Positions 24,262-36,412 of a stretch of DNA of 64,000 nucleotides are shown here, piece by piece. Both the position numbers and the translations under genes were made by a program. The notes below the pieces were generated by a model. It saw nothing but the letters and a program-made list of their open reading frames with translations. It searched no databases and had not been told where the DNA came from. How positions within the stretch are numbered: position 1 is the stretch's first letter; the number at the start of each line of letters is the position of its first letter. This stretch comes from Heptranchias perlo (taxonomy: Eukaryota): NCBI RefSeq assembly GCF_035084215.1, contig NC_090345.1, positions 3,906,001-3,970,000 of the forward strand, given 5' to 3'.

Positions 24262-24700
24262 CTTGCCCGATCTCCATGGCAACCGCGGCTCGACGCCGTG
24301 ACCCCGCCCACTCCGCCGTGTCCCCGCCCCTCACACCCGGCGGCCCCGCCCCTCGCTGTGACCCCGCCCCTCACCCCCCCGCGGCCCCGCCCCTCGCTGT
24401 GACCCCGCCCCTCACCCCCCCCCCCCCCCCCCCCCCGCGGCCTCGCCCCTCCGCGAGAACAAATCACCTCAGCCGCGCGCGACCAGCCGCACTGATTTAG
24501 TAAAAGGTTTAAGGAAAATCCATCCGCTCCGCTGGTTTTTTATGTCGGTCGGATAATAATTACAAATATTCTTTCATTATTAATTTTATTTATCGATTAA
24601 TTTTTTTTAAATGACCAAACCGGAAGTGACTGGGAATATTTTGGTCCATTTCCGGTGTGCGGTTGCCAGGGGTGATGCCCAGGGTGAGTGAGATGAAGAT
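24255..24700. promoter_or_regulatory. Bidirectional CpG-island promoter of DPCD and POLL
   Basis: CpG-rich. YY1-type AAGATGGCGG over the DPCD ATG, X-box GTTGCCATGGAGAT (24270-24283, -), tandem CCCCGCCCC GC boxes, ETS CCGGAAGT (24620-24627) plus an inverted TTTCCGG, and a second X-box-like GTTGCCAGGGGTGAT (24662-24676). The head-to-head POLL/DPCD arrangement is known in mammals. Confidence 0.85.
24630..24683 (+). other. POLL: Probable non-coding first exon of POLL (5' end approximate)
   Basis: Strong donor AGG|GTGAGT at 24683/24684 just downstream of the promoter motifs. Confidence 0.55.
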
Positions 24701-25134
24701 GGATCCCGGGTATTTATCGCGCTTCAGTCGGCCTGAACCGGCGGCCACGGTCCCTGGCGGGTCTCCTCTTTTTGCGGCCTGTTTCAGGCGGGTTCCAGCC
24801 AATCGACGCTGGCTCCTGCCCTCCCCTCTCATTGGGCCTTCACCTCTCGCTCATTTGGCTTTAAAATGTCCCTGGAGAGGATTCGTGAGGAAAATTGATG
24901 TTTGTTTAAATTAAGCGCAGATTTACTGGCGGAGGGTTCTGCCAACTGGTTGGTACTAAAGCTGGGGTATAACTCGGGTGTGAAGATCCAAAGTGACTCG
25001 GAGGCTGAGCGAGACTCCCCCGGGCGCTTTGTTCCACAGTCAAGGTTGGGCCTTGACACTAACTAGGGTCAGGATGAATTTCTACCATAAATTGCAAAAC
25101 CTACAGCTGTTGCTTGAAAACATCCGGAGTGTCA

Positions 25135-25545
25135 GCCCAGTTCAGTTGGCAGTACGCTCAACCTGAGTCAGAAGGTTGTGGGTTCAAACCTCACTCCAGG
25201 ATTAGAGCACAAAATCTGTCTTGATTCTCCAGTGAGGGAATGTGTCCAGTACTTTGGAGGTCTGCCATTCAGTTGAGACATTAAACTGAGGTCCTACCTA
25301 CCCTTTCAGATGGATGTCCCCTTGGCACAGTCTGAAGAGCAGGGAGAACTCCTGGTGTATTGTCCAATGTTACTCCAGCAACCAACACCACAAAAACAGA
25401 TTAACTAGCCATTCATCTCGTTGCTCTGTGTGAGATCTCGCTGTGCACAAATTGGCTGCTGCATTTGCCAACAGTGACTGCAATTCAAAAGTAATTTGAG
25501 TGGAATAGTTTGAGATGTTTCTCAGGGGTGTAATAAGGTGATAAG
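25135..25545 (+). mobile_element. Deu-domain SINE (diverged)
   Basis: GAGTCAGAAGGTTGTGGGTTCAAA head and Deu core. Confidence 0.75.
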
Positions 25546-26029
25546 TTTTTTTTTTAAGGCTCTGTATGTGGCTCCCCTTAGAGATAGGATGGCTCCTTGG
25601 TGTTAGCCAAGTGAGTGAACCATTTTGGAAGTATTGGGGAGCAAACCATTGTTGCGCAGCCCCATTGAATGTCTTTTTACCAAAATAACTGTTAAAACAC
25701 TACAGGGCTCCAGCTCTTAATTGCAATCCTCGTGACTCTTCTGGAATGTGCATCTGTGTTGATGTTGGATACAAATTGGGCACGGCTGTGTTACCCCTGT
25801 GATAGAATAGGCGACTGGCACTTGCTGTCCGGACTCACACATAAGAATGGTCAGTTGGTTGGGGTACTGGAGAAGTGTCTGTAGCATTGTACCTCTGCGA
25901 GAAAGACTGGCATTTATATAGCACGTTAACAGAAACATCTCAAATCACATCACATACAATGAACTACTCTTCAAATGCAGTGCCTGCCATTGTGTAGGCT
26001 AGAAGTTATGAAGTAGTAGGGTATCCTAC

Positions 26030-26425
26030 ACATAGGAACAGGACGAGGCCATTCAGCCCCTCAAGCCTGTTCCGCCATTCAATCAGATCATGGCTGATCT
26101 GTACCTCAACTCCATTTTTCCGCATTTGCTCCATATCCCTCGATACCCTTACCCAACAAAAATCTATCGATCTCAGTACAGAAAGTTCCAATTGATCCAC
26201 AGGCGTCTGGGGGAGTGTTCCAGATTTCTACTCCGTGTGTGTGAAAAAGTGTTTCCTGATTTCAATCCTGAACAGCCTGGCTCTAATTTTAAAATTGTTC
26301 CCCCTTGTTCTGGATCCCCCCCACCAGAGGAAATAATTTCTGTGCATCTACCCTATCAAATCCCCTTATCATTTTAAAGACCTTGATTAAATCACCCCTC
26401 AACCTCCTAAACCCAAGGTAATACA
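26030..26425 (-). mobile_element. CR1 LINE 3' fragment
   Basis: Reverse complement of the CR1 3' ORF2/UTR seen at 3700-4067. Confidence 0.8.
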
Positions 26426-27159
26426 ACTAAGAGAAAGCAGCTGTACGGCTCCCACCAGAACTGCAGTGGGCTGGCATTGATGTTTCTGGGTTTTAGAGGC
26501 ACATTATTTCTTTTGGGAGGAGTTTATAGGGTTTAATCAGGCTTAACCCTTAAATTAGAATGCCTATTTGTCTGTGACCCCAGATAATGAGTGGGGGCAT
26601 ATCGTAGTCAAGCTAGATCCTTTCTTAATATGACATTCACATGCAAACTTTCCGTAGGAGTAAATGATCATTGATCGTGTTGAGGGGGCAGTTATCCTGC
26701 TGGCCAAGTGCAGAATTATTACAAATATGCTCATGAAGATGCTCTCTGGTCAGTATCTCTGGGATGTGATTATGAATTTTACACATAATGACCAGAGCAT
26801 TCTCCCCAACGCCCTTGCATCTCCCCCGGGAGCGGGGATCAGGCTACTTGATTGATTTTCCCTTCCTTAGCTCTGGGTAGTACAGAAGTCAATAATCGTG
26901 GTCCCAAAGGTAGCCTGGTTGAGCTCAGATAACTGCGCCCACTCGGGATTGAAACTTGGTCTATAACTGAATTTCGCACTGGAGAGTGCATTTGCCACCA
27001 GTGCAGTTCCAGAGCCCAAAATGTGATGTATTAAAGAGCGTCCATCTAGGGCAGTGCAGTGGATTAGATCCTGACCTTTCACCCCTGGGCAAGGCAGCCT
27101 AGACCAATGGGAGGGAAAGTCTCCTCTCTCTCCTGCTGTCAAGGTCCCACATAAAGAAA

Positions 27160-27625
27160 TAAGAAAGAACCTGCATTTATATAGTGCCTTTCATGACCAC
27201 AGGACGTCCCAAAGCCCGTTACAACCAATTGAGTACTGTTGAAGTGTAGTCACTGTTGTAATGTAGGAAACCTGGCAGCCAATTTGTGCACAGCAAGATT
27301 CCACAAACAGCAATGTGATAAATGACCAGATAATCTGTTTTAGTGAAGTTGGTTAAGGGATCATTGTTGCCCAGGATACCAGGGAGAACTCCCCTGCTCT
27401 TCTTCAAAATAGTGCCATGGGATCCTTTACATCCACCTGAAGGGGCAGATGGGGCCTCGGTTTAACATCTCATCCAAAAGACGGCACTTCCGACAGTGCA
27501 GCACTCCCTCAGTACTGGAACAGGGAGTGTCAGCCTGGATTTTGTGCTCAAGTCCATGGAGTGGGACTTGAACTCTCAACTTTCTGACAGAGGCGAGAGT
27601 GCTGCCCAGTAAGCCATGGCTGACA
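27160..27625 (-). mobile_element. Deu-domain SINE
   Basis: Full head, core and tail on the minus strand. Confidence 0.82.
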
Positions 27626-28129
27626 CCTAAAATAAATAAATACAAGAAAAAAATTTCAGCAAAGTTCAATCCAGTTCCAAATGAGCCTAGAGCCACAGCA
27701 CAAAATGAGTGGCACCAAAGCTGACAATCTCACTCAGAGAGGCCACAGGGAATGAGTGTTGTGGGCAGTGTGAAAATGTTATACTGATGTGGAAGAGGGT
27801 GATTTATTTGAGGTTGGGGTCAAGTAGAGGGTGCATTACTCTGCATCTAATCACACTACACCTCACCTGGGAGTGCTTGATGCTGACACTGGACACCTGA
27901 AGTGGAAAGTGTTCCATTCCCCTAACATCCTTCATCTTAATGAGCACAAAAATCACACACACAGGAGTCACTCTTAACAATCGCTGCTCCCCAGTGACCT
28001 GGTGAGTGAATCATCCCAGAAAAAGAGGGGAAAAATCAGCCAGGAATTTCTGCTCTTGTTTCTGTTCACTATCCAGTGATTCCTGCTGGAAAGTGCATCT
28101 GTGTGCATATCTGGGAACATCGGTTTAAA

Positions 28130-29245
28130 ACACCTTAGCTACCCAGATAGACTTAAAAAGCTGCGTTTATATACTTTTGAGAAATGTAGACTCGGGGGTG
28201 ATTTGATCAAGGTCTATAAAATAGTGAAGGGACCAGATTGTGTCCCAGCGGAGAAATGATTTCAATTAGTTAGGTTGGGGAGGACCCAGGGGCCATGCTT
28301 ATAATTTATGTAAGGGTCGAGCTAGGTTACATGTTAAACGGGTCTTCTTTTCTCAGAGAATAGTGGGCCTCTGGAACAGGCTGCCACCTCGTGCGGTGAA
28401 AGCTGATTCGCTGAATTCCTTCAAGTGAGAGCTGGACCTGTTCCTGGCTGGACTGGAGATCACGTCATACAAGAGGTAGGTACCAAGTAACATAAGCCAT
28501 AGTCAATGAGGACTCCTGGACTAGTTTTGATCATTGGGGAGTCGGAGAAGAATTTTTGCCCTGTATTTGGCCATGGGTTTTTATCTGGCTTTAAGCCTCT
28601 CTCTGGAGATTACAGGGATCCAGGTGGGTTCCGAATGTCTTAATCGTGAAGCATAAGAGGAAGTTACACTAAACCTTTATAAATCACCGGTTAGGCCTCA
28701 GCTGGAGCATTGTGTCCAATTCTGGGCACCGCACTTTAGGAAGGATGTGAAGGCCTTGGGGAGGGTGCAGAGGAGATTTACTAGAATGGTGCCAGGGATG
28801 AGGGACTTCATTTATGTGGGAGAGACTCGAGAAGCTGAGATTGTTCTCATTAGAACAGAGAAGGTTAAGGGGAGATTTAATAGAGATATTCAAAATTACG
28901 AGGAGTTTTGATAGAGTAAATAGCGAGAAACTGTTTCCACTGGCAGGAGGGTCGGGAACCAGAGGACACAGATTTATGTTAATTGGCAAAAGAACCAGAG
29001 GGGGAGATGAGAAATTTTTTTATGCAGCGAGTTGTTATGATCCGGTATGCGCTGCCTGAAAGGGCGGTGGAAGCAGATTCCATAGTAACTTTCAGAAGGG
29101 AATTGGATAAATACTTGAAAGGGAGAAATTTGCAGGGCTATGGGGAAAGAGCAGGGGAATGGGACTAATTGGATAGCTCTTTCAAAGAGCAGGTGCAGAC
29201 ACGATGGGCCAAATGGCCTCCTTCTGTGCTGTATCATTCTATGAC
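28130..29245 (+). mobile_element. Two adjacent CR1 LINE 3' fragments
   Basis: Two RLRGDLI..RGH..W.LP segments (28130-28490, 28655-29245). Confidence 0.8.
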
Positions 29246-30184
29246 TGCATGGGACAGGTTAGATAGACCAGCTGGTCTTTTCGTGTCTGGCATTTTCATA
29301 TGTTCATATGAAGGCAGCTCAGCTCTGTAACATCCGTTTGTCACTCACTCTTCCATGAAGATCCGCTACTGGAGGGTAGCACCTGAAGAAGGGAAAGAAA
29401 AGGAACATTTTTTCAACAGAAAAATATCTCCCCGCTGCTTTAAGCTGCTGCAAAGATACTGATTCAGGAGGCGTGATCTTTCAGAGAGCTACGAGGCTGT
29501 GCAGGAGTGCAGAATTTCTTTGTATTCAGGGACAGTAGTGAGCCTTTCGTAGTATTCCCGCCTCTGAGTCAGAAGATGAAGGGTTCGAGCCCCACTCGAG
29601 ACAGTCCCAGCGAGTGGACACTAGAATATGGTCTCTAAATACTGGGGTGACCACTGGCTCAGGGGTAATATTCCCACCTCTGAATCAGAAGGGTTGGTTT
29701 CGGACCCCACTCTAGACAGCCCCAGTGAGCAGAGACCAGAGCACCAGCTCTGAATACTGACGTCCAGCGAGATACTTGTGTCTGATGAGTGCGGGCGGCC
29801 CCCTCCCATTGTAAAGGGCAGGTGGGGATCCTTGGTTGCAGCCCACCTAGAAGAGGGTACTCCAAAGATAAAAACCAGGAGGAAGACAACGTGAAACCAC
29901 CTCAGCTCCTCTTCCCTAGTGAGTAACTCAAGATTCTCACGTGTGAGACTTGGGTTAGGACCTGCCCTGGGGGCAGCACACAGCGGGCGGATGGAGTGTG
30001 GTTATGACACTGGACTTCTCAGGGTAACTAGGGACAATAAATGTGGTCCTGTCAGTATCTCAGGACAACTAGGATGGGCAAAAAAGTAATGAGGCAGAGT
30101 TGGTGGGATGGGTGTTCTCTAAACATAAAATTCCTGGTCCCTAAAGTGCCATCCACAAAGGGGTAGCGATGACATAGTGGCTAA

Positions 30185-32132
30185 ATGCACAGCCTGTCGT
30201 GGTGCTGAATCGTACAGATCAGGTCCAGTGTTCCCTTCCCGGCCTGTGTTGAGTCAGCAGTTGTCAGGTGGGGCACTACAAGTTGGCCTCAGTGCTCCTC
30301 GGTGAGAGAAGGGAGAGTGAGCCAGGGTTCCTACTCCTGATCATTATCCAGTAACTCCTACTCTTAAACGTAAGCGTATGTGTTGATTTTGGGGAAGAAC
30401 AGATTTGGGCTCGGCCCCTACAGTTGAATAGGCTGCCAATACTTACTATCTAGACTCACAGATGAAGAAAGGGCTTTTGGATGAGTTACCAGAGGGTAGA
30501 CACAGTCTTGCAGATCCACACCCCAGCAAAGTTCAGCACCTTTGGGAGAAGAGAGGAGAAGGTGCTCTGGGGACATTTGAGAATCTGTTTGAAATGTTTT
30601 TTTTAAAGTAAAGTCCCAATCGTTGAACAGGTTGGTTAATATCTCGCCCTAACTGCGAGTCGGCCGTACAGTGCATGGAGCCTCAGGGGATCGTAAAGGC
30701 ATTTCGGAAGGTGAAACGAGCTCAGGATGTCCCGCCAGGAGCTGCCGGAGAGCCCCAGAAGAAATCAAAGCCAGATGAAGTCAATAAAGGTAGTGTAATC
30801 CGTGACCTTTACCTCTTCACCCACAATCTGCAGGTGGATAATGAAGGAAGGATGTGTATTTATTACAGACTATCTGGTCATTATCACATTGATGTTTGTG
30901 GGATCTTGCTGTGCGCAAATTGGCTGCCACGTTTCCTACATTACAACAGTGACTACACTTCAAACAATACTTCACCGGCTGTAAAGCACTTTGGGACGTC
31001 CTGAGGTCGTGAAAGGCGCTATATAAATGAACTCTCTTTTTATTTATTTAGTGTCTTACCATGTCTCTCAGAAATGCCTCAAGGCACCCCACACACCATG
31101 TAGGCAAGCACAGAAAGATCCCACGAACAGTATTGAGGTGGATGGCCAGTTAATCTGTGTTTTTGGTAGAGTTTAGTTGAGTGAGAAATGTTGGCCAGGG
31201 CACCAGGAGAACTCCCTCGATCTGTTAATATCCACCCGAGTCATCAATACGACGCCTTGATTTGACATCTCATCTGAAGGGTGGCCCTTCCAACAGTGCA
31301 GCACTCCCTCAGTATTGCATTGGAGTATCCGAACTCAGTTACCTGCTGGGATAGGATAACCCTCTCCTTGGGAAGAGAGTGAGAAGGGAGCATTGGCGTT
31401 TTGCTTCTCCCTCTCTTACCAAACCCCCTTCACCCCCACCCATGCCAGAAATCACTCCCCAGGCATGAAAGTGGACATCAGACCTTTGCTGCCAATCCTT
31501 TGTTCAGTGACACTTGAAAATCGTTTTCAGCCTTCTGTTTGGAGCAATACGGAAACAGTTCTGTGGGTGACACACTGCACAGTCCTGTTACAAAACTGTC
31601 CAAAATCCTACATTATAGAGAAGAAACACAACTCGATGCACAGCCTGTCGTGGTGCTGAATCGTACAGATCAGGTCCAGTGTTCCCTTCCCGGCCTGTGT
31701 TGAGTCAGCAGTTGTCAGGTGGGGCACTACAAGTTGGCCTCAGTGCTCCTCGGTGAGAGAAGGGAGAGTGAGCCAGGGTTCCTACTCCTGATCATTATCC
31801 AGTAACTCCTACTCTTAAACGTAAGCGTATGTGTTGATTTTGGGGAAGAACAGATTTGGGCTCGGCCCCTACAGTTGAATAGGCTGCCAATACTTACTAT
31901 CTAGACTCACAGATGAAGAAAGGGCTTTTGGATGAGTTACCAGAGGGTAGACACAGTCTTGCAGATCCACACCCCAGCAAAGTTCAGCACCTTTGGGAGA
32001 AGAGAGGAGAAGGTGCTCTGGGGACATTTGAGAATCTGTTTGAAATGTTTTTTTTAAAGTAAAGTCCCAATCGTTGAACAGGTTGGTTAATATCTCGCCC
32101 TAACTGCGAGTCGGCCGTACAGTGCATGGAGC
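30185..32132 (+). repeat. 497-bp direct duplication (30185-30681 and 31636-32132) including the POLL acceptor, 5'UTR and ATG
   Basis: Copies appear identical by eye at offset 1451, both ending at ATGGAGC. Confidence 0.95.
30675..30789 (+). CDS. POLL: POLL first coding exon
   Basis: MEPQGIVKAFRKVKR... resembles the Pol lambda N-terminus (MDPRGILKAF); 115 nt ending G|gtagtg, phase 1 compatible with the next exon. Confidence 0.9.
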
Positions 32133-32400
32133 GATGATCACACGATGGGTTACTGGGCTTATTAAATAGCAAATCTCCCCTAGTGTTGCTCCTGGTGAGT
32201 CAGATCCCTGCCTGTGTTGTGTTGGTTCTTCCCCCTCACCTCCTCTCCCCCTCCCCCACCCCCATTCAGCTTTGCCTCCTCCACGCCAAGCAGAGCAAAT
32301 GTGTGGTGGTCCCGGCTCCCTTCCAAGGTCAGTAGCACATCCCACCAGTCCATGGCATTTGACATTTATTTAACGTCCTTTCTTTATCCCGTTTCTCCAG

Positions 32401-32903
32401 GGTCCTGGTTGAGTGGAGTGACGGCTTACATCGTCCAGGCAGGGATTGGAAAGGCCAGGACACAAATCTTTCGGAAACAGATTGCACAGAATGGCGGTGG
32501 TGTCAGCCTTGCTTTCTCCCCCGCCGTTACCCATGTGATCATAGACGATGGGATGGATTGCGACCGTGCGTGTCGTCTCTTGAATCTGGAGGCACTGCCT
32601 CCCAACGTCCAGCTGGTGAGGTCCATGTGGCTGAGTTTATGCATCTCGGAGAGAAGAGTTCTGAGCACTGCAGGCTACAACGTCTTCATCCCGGACAAAT
32701 ACCTGCAGCCAAAGCAGGTCAAGGCTCAGGGGTCAGGAGTTGAGGGTCAGTACAGTAACACGGGTCTAGAGATCAACAGCCATTCAGGGACACAATCAAA
32801 GTCCGAGTTGAACTGTAAAAAAGCAGAAGCACCTTTACTTGAACAGCCGCGAGAGGCAGCAGCTGAAGACAACACTGGAGCCGTACGAGCCTCTGCAGCA
32901 CAG
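32401..32903 (+). CDS. POLL: POLL coding exon 2 (BRCT domain + linker)
   Basis: ctccag acceptor, CAG|gtagag donor; AGIGKARTQIFRKQIAQNGG..VTHVIID..WLSLCISERR is the Pol lambda BRCT domain. Confidence 0.93.
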
Positions 32904-32924
32904 GTAGAGTGACCCTGTCTCCTT

Positions 32925-33263
32925 ATCTCTGTAACCTGCTCCAAACCTACCCTCCCAGATCTCTGCGTTCCTCTAATTCTGGCCTCTTGCGCACCCCCAC
33001 TTCCTTTGCCCCACCATTGGCGGCCGTGCCTTCAGCTGCCTAGGCCCAAGGCTCTGGAATTCCCTCCCTAAACCTTTCCGCCTCTCTCTCCTCCTTTAAG
33101 GCGCTTCTTAAAACCTACCTCTTTGACCAAGCTTTTGGTCACCTGTCCTAATATTCCCTTATGTGGCTCGGTGTCAAATTTTGTCTGATAATCGCTCCTG
33201 TGAAGCACCTTGGGGATATTTTACTACGTTAAAGGCGCTATATAAATGCAAGTTGTTGTTGTT
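32925..33263 (+). mobile_element. L2-type LINE 3' end whose tail is shared with the Deu-SINEs (another tail at 1-70)
   Basis: ...TGGAATTCCCTCCC..AAAGGCGCTATATAAATGCAAGTTGTTGTTG tail. Confidence 0.7.
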
Positions 33264-34374
33264 GTCTACTTTCACTCTGTGAAGAATTTGCTAAAAGTCT
33301 CCACCTGTACTTTTTTCATCAGTCCTGCTCCCACAGAGTATCACAGGGCACTGTACCTGAACTGTATCATCTTATATCATGTTGGCATAAGGCAACAGCA
33401 GTGCCCAGGAACCGTTTGCTTTCCATTTTTTTTGCCCATTCCTCCTTTCTTGTCCTGAAGGGACTGTCTGTTGTTGTGTGCAGAGCCACTGGTACTGACA
33501 GCCCTCCGGTACCTCACCTCAGTGGCCATTCTGCATGTGTGGGTATCAACGCTGAGTGTTTGTGGCCAGCCAGTGACGGGGGGCGGGGGGAAAGCATCAC
33601 ATCTCAACCCTGTCCTCACCCAATGTCATCACACACAGATTTCCCAACAGGAGTCATTGGATAGCCTTCCAGAGTGGGTAAAAACCAACTGGAATTGGAA
33701 CCAGCCTTCAGGAGTGGGTTAAAAACCATCCGGAGTGGGAACCAACCTTCCAGAAAGGAAACCATGGCTAATTCCCGCCCCCCTCCCCACCAACCTTGGC
33801 CAGTTGTATCACCACAACTATTACCCTGGCTGAGACCACCTAACTCAGCCGAGACCAGGGATTGAACCCAGGACCTTCCAGTCTGTGTTACTCAGTAAGA
33901 CACGTGGGGCCGGTATTGAGCAAGCCGGGGGGTTTTGGGCGGAACGATCGCACCATGTCCACGGTCGGGCCTCATTTGAAGGTGATCGGCAAGCTGCCGG
34001 GGCTGCTCCACAGAGGCGAGCAGAAGTCGTCACTTGAGGTGAGGGGGGGTGTGGTGAATCCTGGCGGCTACAGGGGGGCACCGGCTTACTGTCTCTCTAG
34101 TTTTTCAGAGGGTCCTGCATTGCTTCCAGTGGAACACGAACATTGCATCGGGTTCCTGCGCCCGGTGTAGGAACCCGCTTGAAATATTTCAATAAGGTTC
34201 CTGCCTGTCGAACGCCCATTTCCAGCCCCATTCGAAAATCGAATCGGGCTGGTCCGCTGATTGCAGGTTTTAAAAAAAAAAGGTACATTTCTCCTATCGA
34301 CCGCCCTGTTTTTCTGCGTGAATGAGGCGATCAGGAGACAAAAATTGCCTCTCATGGTACATAGAGTCAGCCAA

Positions 34375-34800
34375 TAATGAGTGGTAGCACTCTTACCCCT
34401 GAATCAGAAGGTTGTGGGTTCAAGTCCCACTTCAGTGCAATACTGAGGGAGTGCTGCACTGTCGGAGGTGCCGTCTTTCGGATGAGACATTAAACCGATG
34501 CCCTGTCTGCTTCTCTCGGGTGGATGTAAAAGATCCCATGGCACTTTTTCAAAGAAGAGCAGGGGAGTTCTGCCCAGTGTCCTGGCCAATATTTATCCCT
34601 CAACTAACAACACTAAAAAAAAAATTATCTGGTCATTACCTCATTGCTGTTTGTGGGATCTTGCTGTGTGCAAGTTGGCTGCTGCGTTTCCTACATTACA
34701 ACAGTGACTACAATTCAAAGCACTTCATTGCCTGTAAAGCGCTTTGGGATATCCTGAGGTTGAGAAAGGCGCTATATAAATGAAAGTTCTTTCTTTCTTT
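34375..34800 (+). mobile_element. Deu-domain SINE
   Basis: Full head, core and tail with (TTTC)n end. Confidence 0.85.
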
Positions 34801-34925
34801 CATTCTTTCTTTTACATTTACCAACTGAAGCAATGGGGAGAGTTGGGATCCAGCTATGTGTAAATGTGATGTGTTGGGGAAGTTCCCAACCCTTACACTG
34901 AGTGCTCTCTCTGATGTCTCCCCAG

Positions 34926-35234
34926 TTATCCGAAGACGGAAATGGAAGTGACACTGAAGACGATGGAGTCTCCGAACGTGACCTGCAAGCACTGATCCGG
35001 GGGAGCAGCCATTCCGCCAGTGCCCTTGACCCCAGCGAGCCGGCCATCAGTGGGAAGTGGGTGTGTGCCCGGTCATCCCAGAGCAAGAAGCAAAACCACA
35101 ACAAGCCCATCACAGACAAGCTGGAGGTTTTGGCGACTGCGTACACGCATCAAGGCGACAAGTGGAGAGTGCTGGGGTACTCCAAGGCCATCAACGCCCT
35201 AAAGAGTTACCAGAAGCCAGTGACGTCCTATGAG
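34926..35234 (+). CDS. POLL: POLL coding exon 3 (linker + 8-kDa dRP lyase domain)
   Basis: [55 protein letters not shown]; cag/gtaaaa. Confidence 0.95.
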
Positions 35235-35299
35235 GTAAAATCTTTGTGTCTTTCCTCCTTTCCTTCCAAAAAAAGGAGGTTTCCAGTTAAATCACACAT

Positions 35300-35405
35300 T
35301 GGGGGTCATTATAACCTGACCCGCCCGGCGGGTAACAGACGGGATCAGGCTGTTTTACACTCGCCTGATTTCACCCTCCATTGACCTCATGTTAAAATTA
35401 CCCCA
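35300..35405. mobile_element. Small MITE-like element
   Basis: Imperfect terminal inverted repeats TGGGGGTCATTATAAC / GTTAAAATTACCCCA. Confidence 0.4.
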
Positions 35406-35889
35406 TTATATATGATTTTGACTTTTGATATATTTCCCTCCCCACCTCCTCTCTACACTTCCGTGGGGCCCAGTGGCCCAGGGGCTAGTGAGGCCACCTG
35501 TTGCCCAGGCTGGTATCAGCTAAGTCAGCAAAGACCAGAAATCTACCCTGGGGCTTTCCTGGTCTGTGTGGCTCAGTACCAGACTCGCTGATGCATTTTC
35601 TTACTGTACCATGGTTTTTGGGGGGGAAGGTGGGGGGGGGGGCGGGGGGGGAGAGAGGGTCTCAAGTCTGGTTTCTGTCAAAAAATGTTGTTTTCAATAA
35701 GTAGAGGCTTATATGTGCTGTCTTTATATTGGCTCACAGTGTAAGACCCCACAACGTTCAGAGAGAGTAGGAGGGAATATAAGAACTGTAGGAGTTTACA
35801 ACACAGGAGGGCATTCGGCCCATCGTGTCTGGGCCAGCGCTTTGGTAGAGTAATCCAAAACTAATCCCATTGCCCTGCTCTCTCACGAA

Positions 35890-36412
35890 TGCCATACACA
35901 CCATACCCTTTATCCATATACACTACCACACCCACCGCATTCCCTTTATCCATATACACACCTACCGCATTCCCTTTATCCATATACACACCTACTGCAT
36001 ACCCTTTATCCATATACACACCTACCGCATTCCCTTTATCCATATACACCACCACCGCATTCCCTTTATCCATATACACCACCACACCTGCTGCATACCC
36101 TTTATCTATATACACACCTACTGCATACCCTTTATCCATATACACACCTACTGCATACCCTTTATCCATATACACACCTACTGCATACCCTTTATCCATA
36201 TACACACCTACTGCATACCCTTTATCCATATACACACCTACTGCATACCCTTTATCCATATACACACCTACTGCATACCCTTTATCCATATACACACCTA
36301 CTGCATACCCTTTATCCATATACACACCTACTGCATACCCTTTATCCATATACACACCTACCGCATTCCCTTTATCCATATACACCACACCTACTGCATT
36401 CCCTTTATCTAT
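35890..36412. repeat. 30/33-bp minisatellite derived from CR1 RT sequence
   Basis: Unit TACACACCTACTGCATACCCTTTATCCATA; the minus strand reads (YMDKGNAVGV)n. Confidence 0.93.

Noticed and set aside
24000-24500. Gly/Pro/Arg-rich ORFs
   Set aside because: GC-rich promoter and 7-bp repeat lacking stops; only the 64-nt DPCD exon is real coding sequence.
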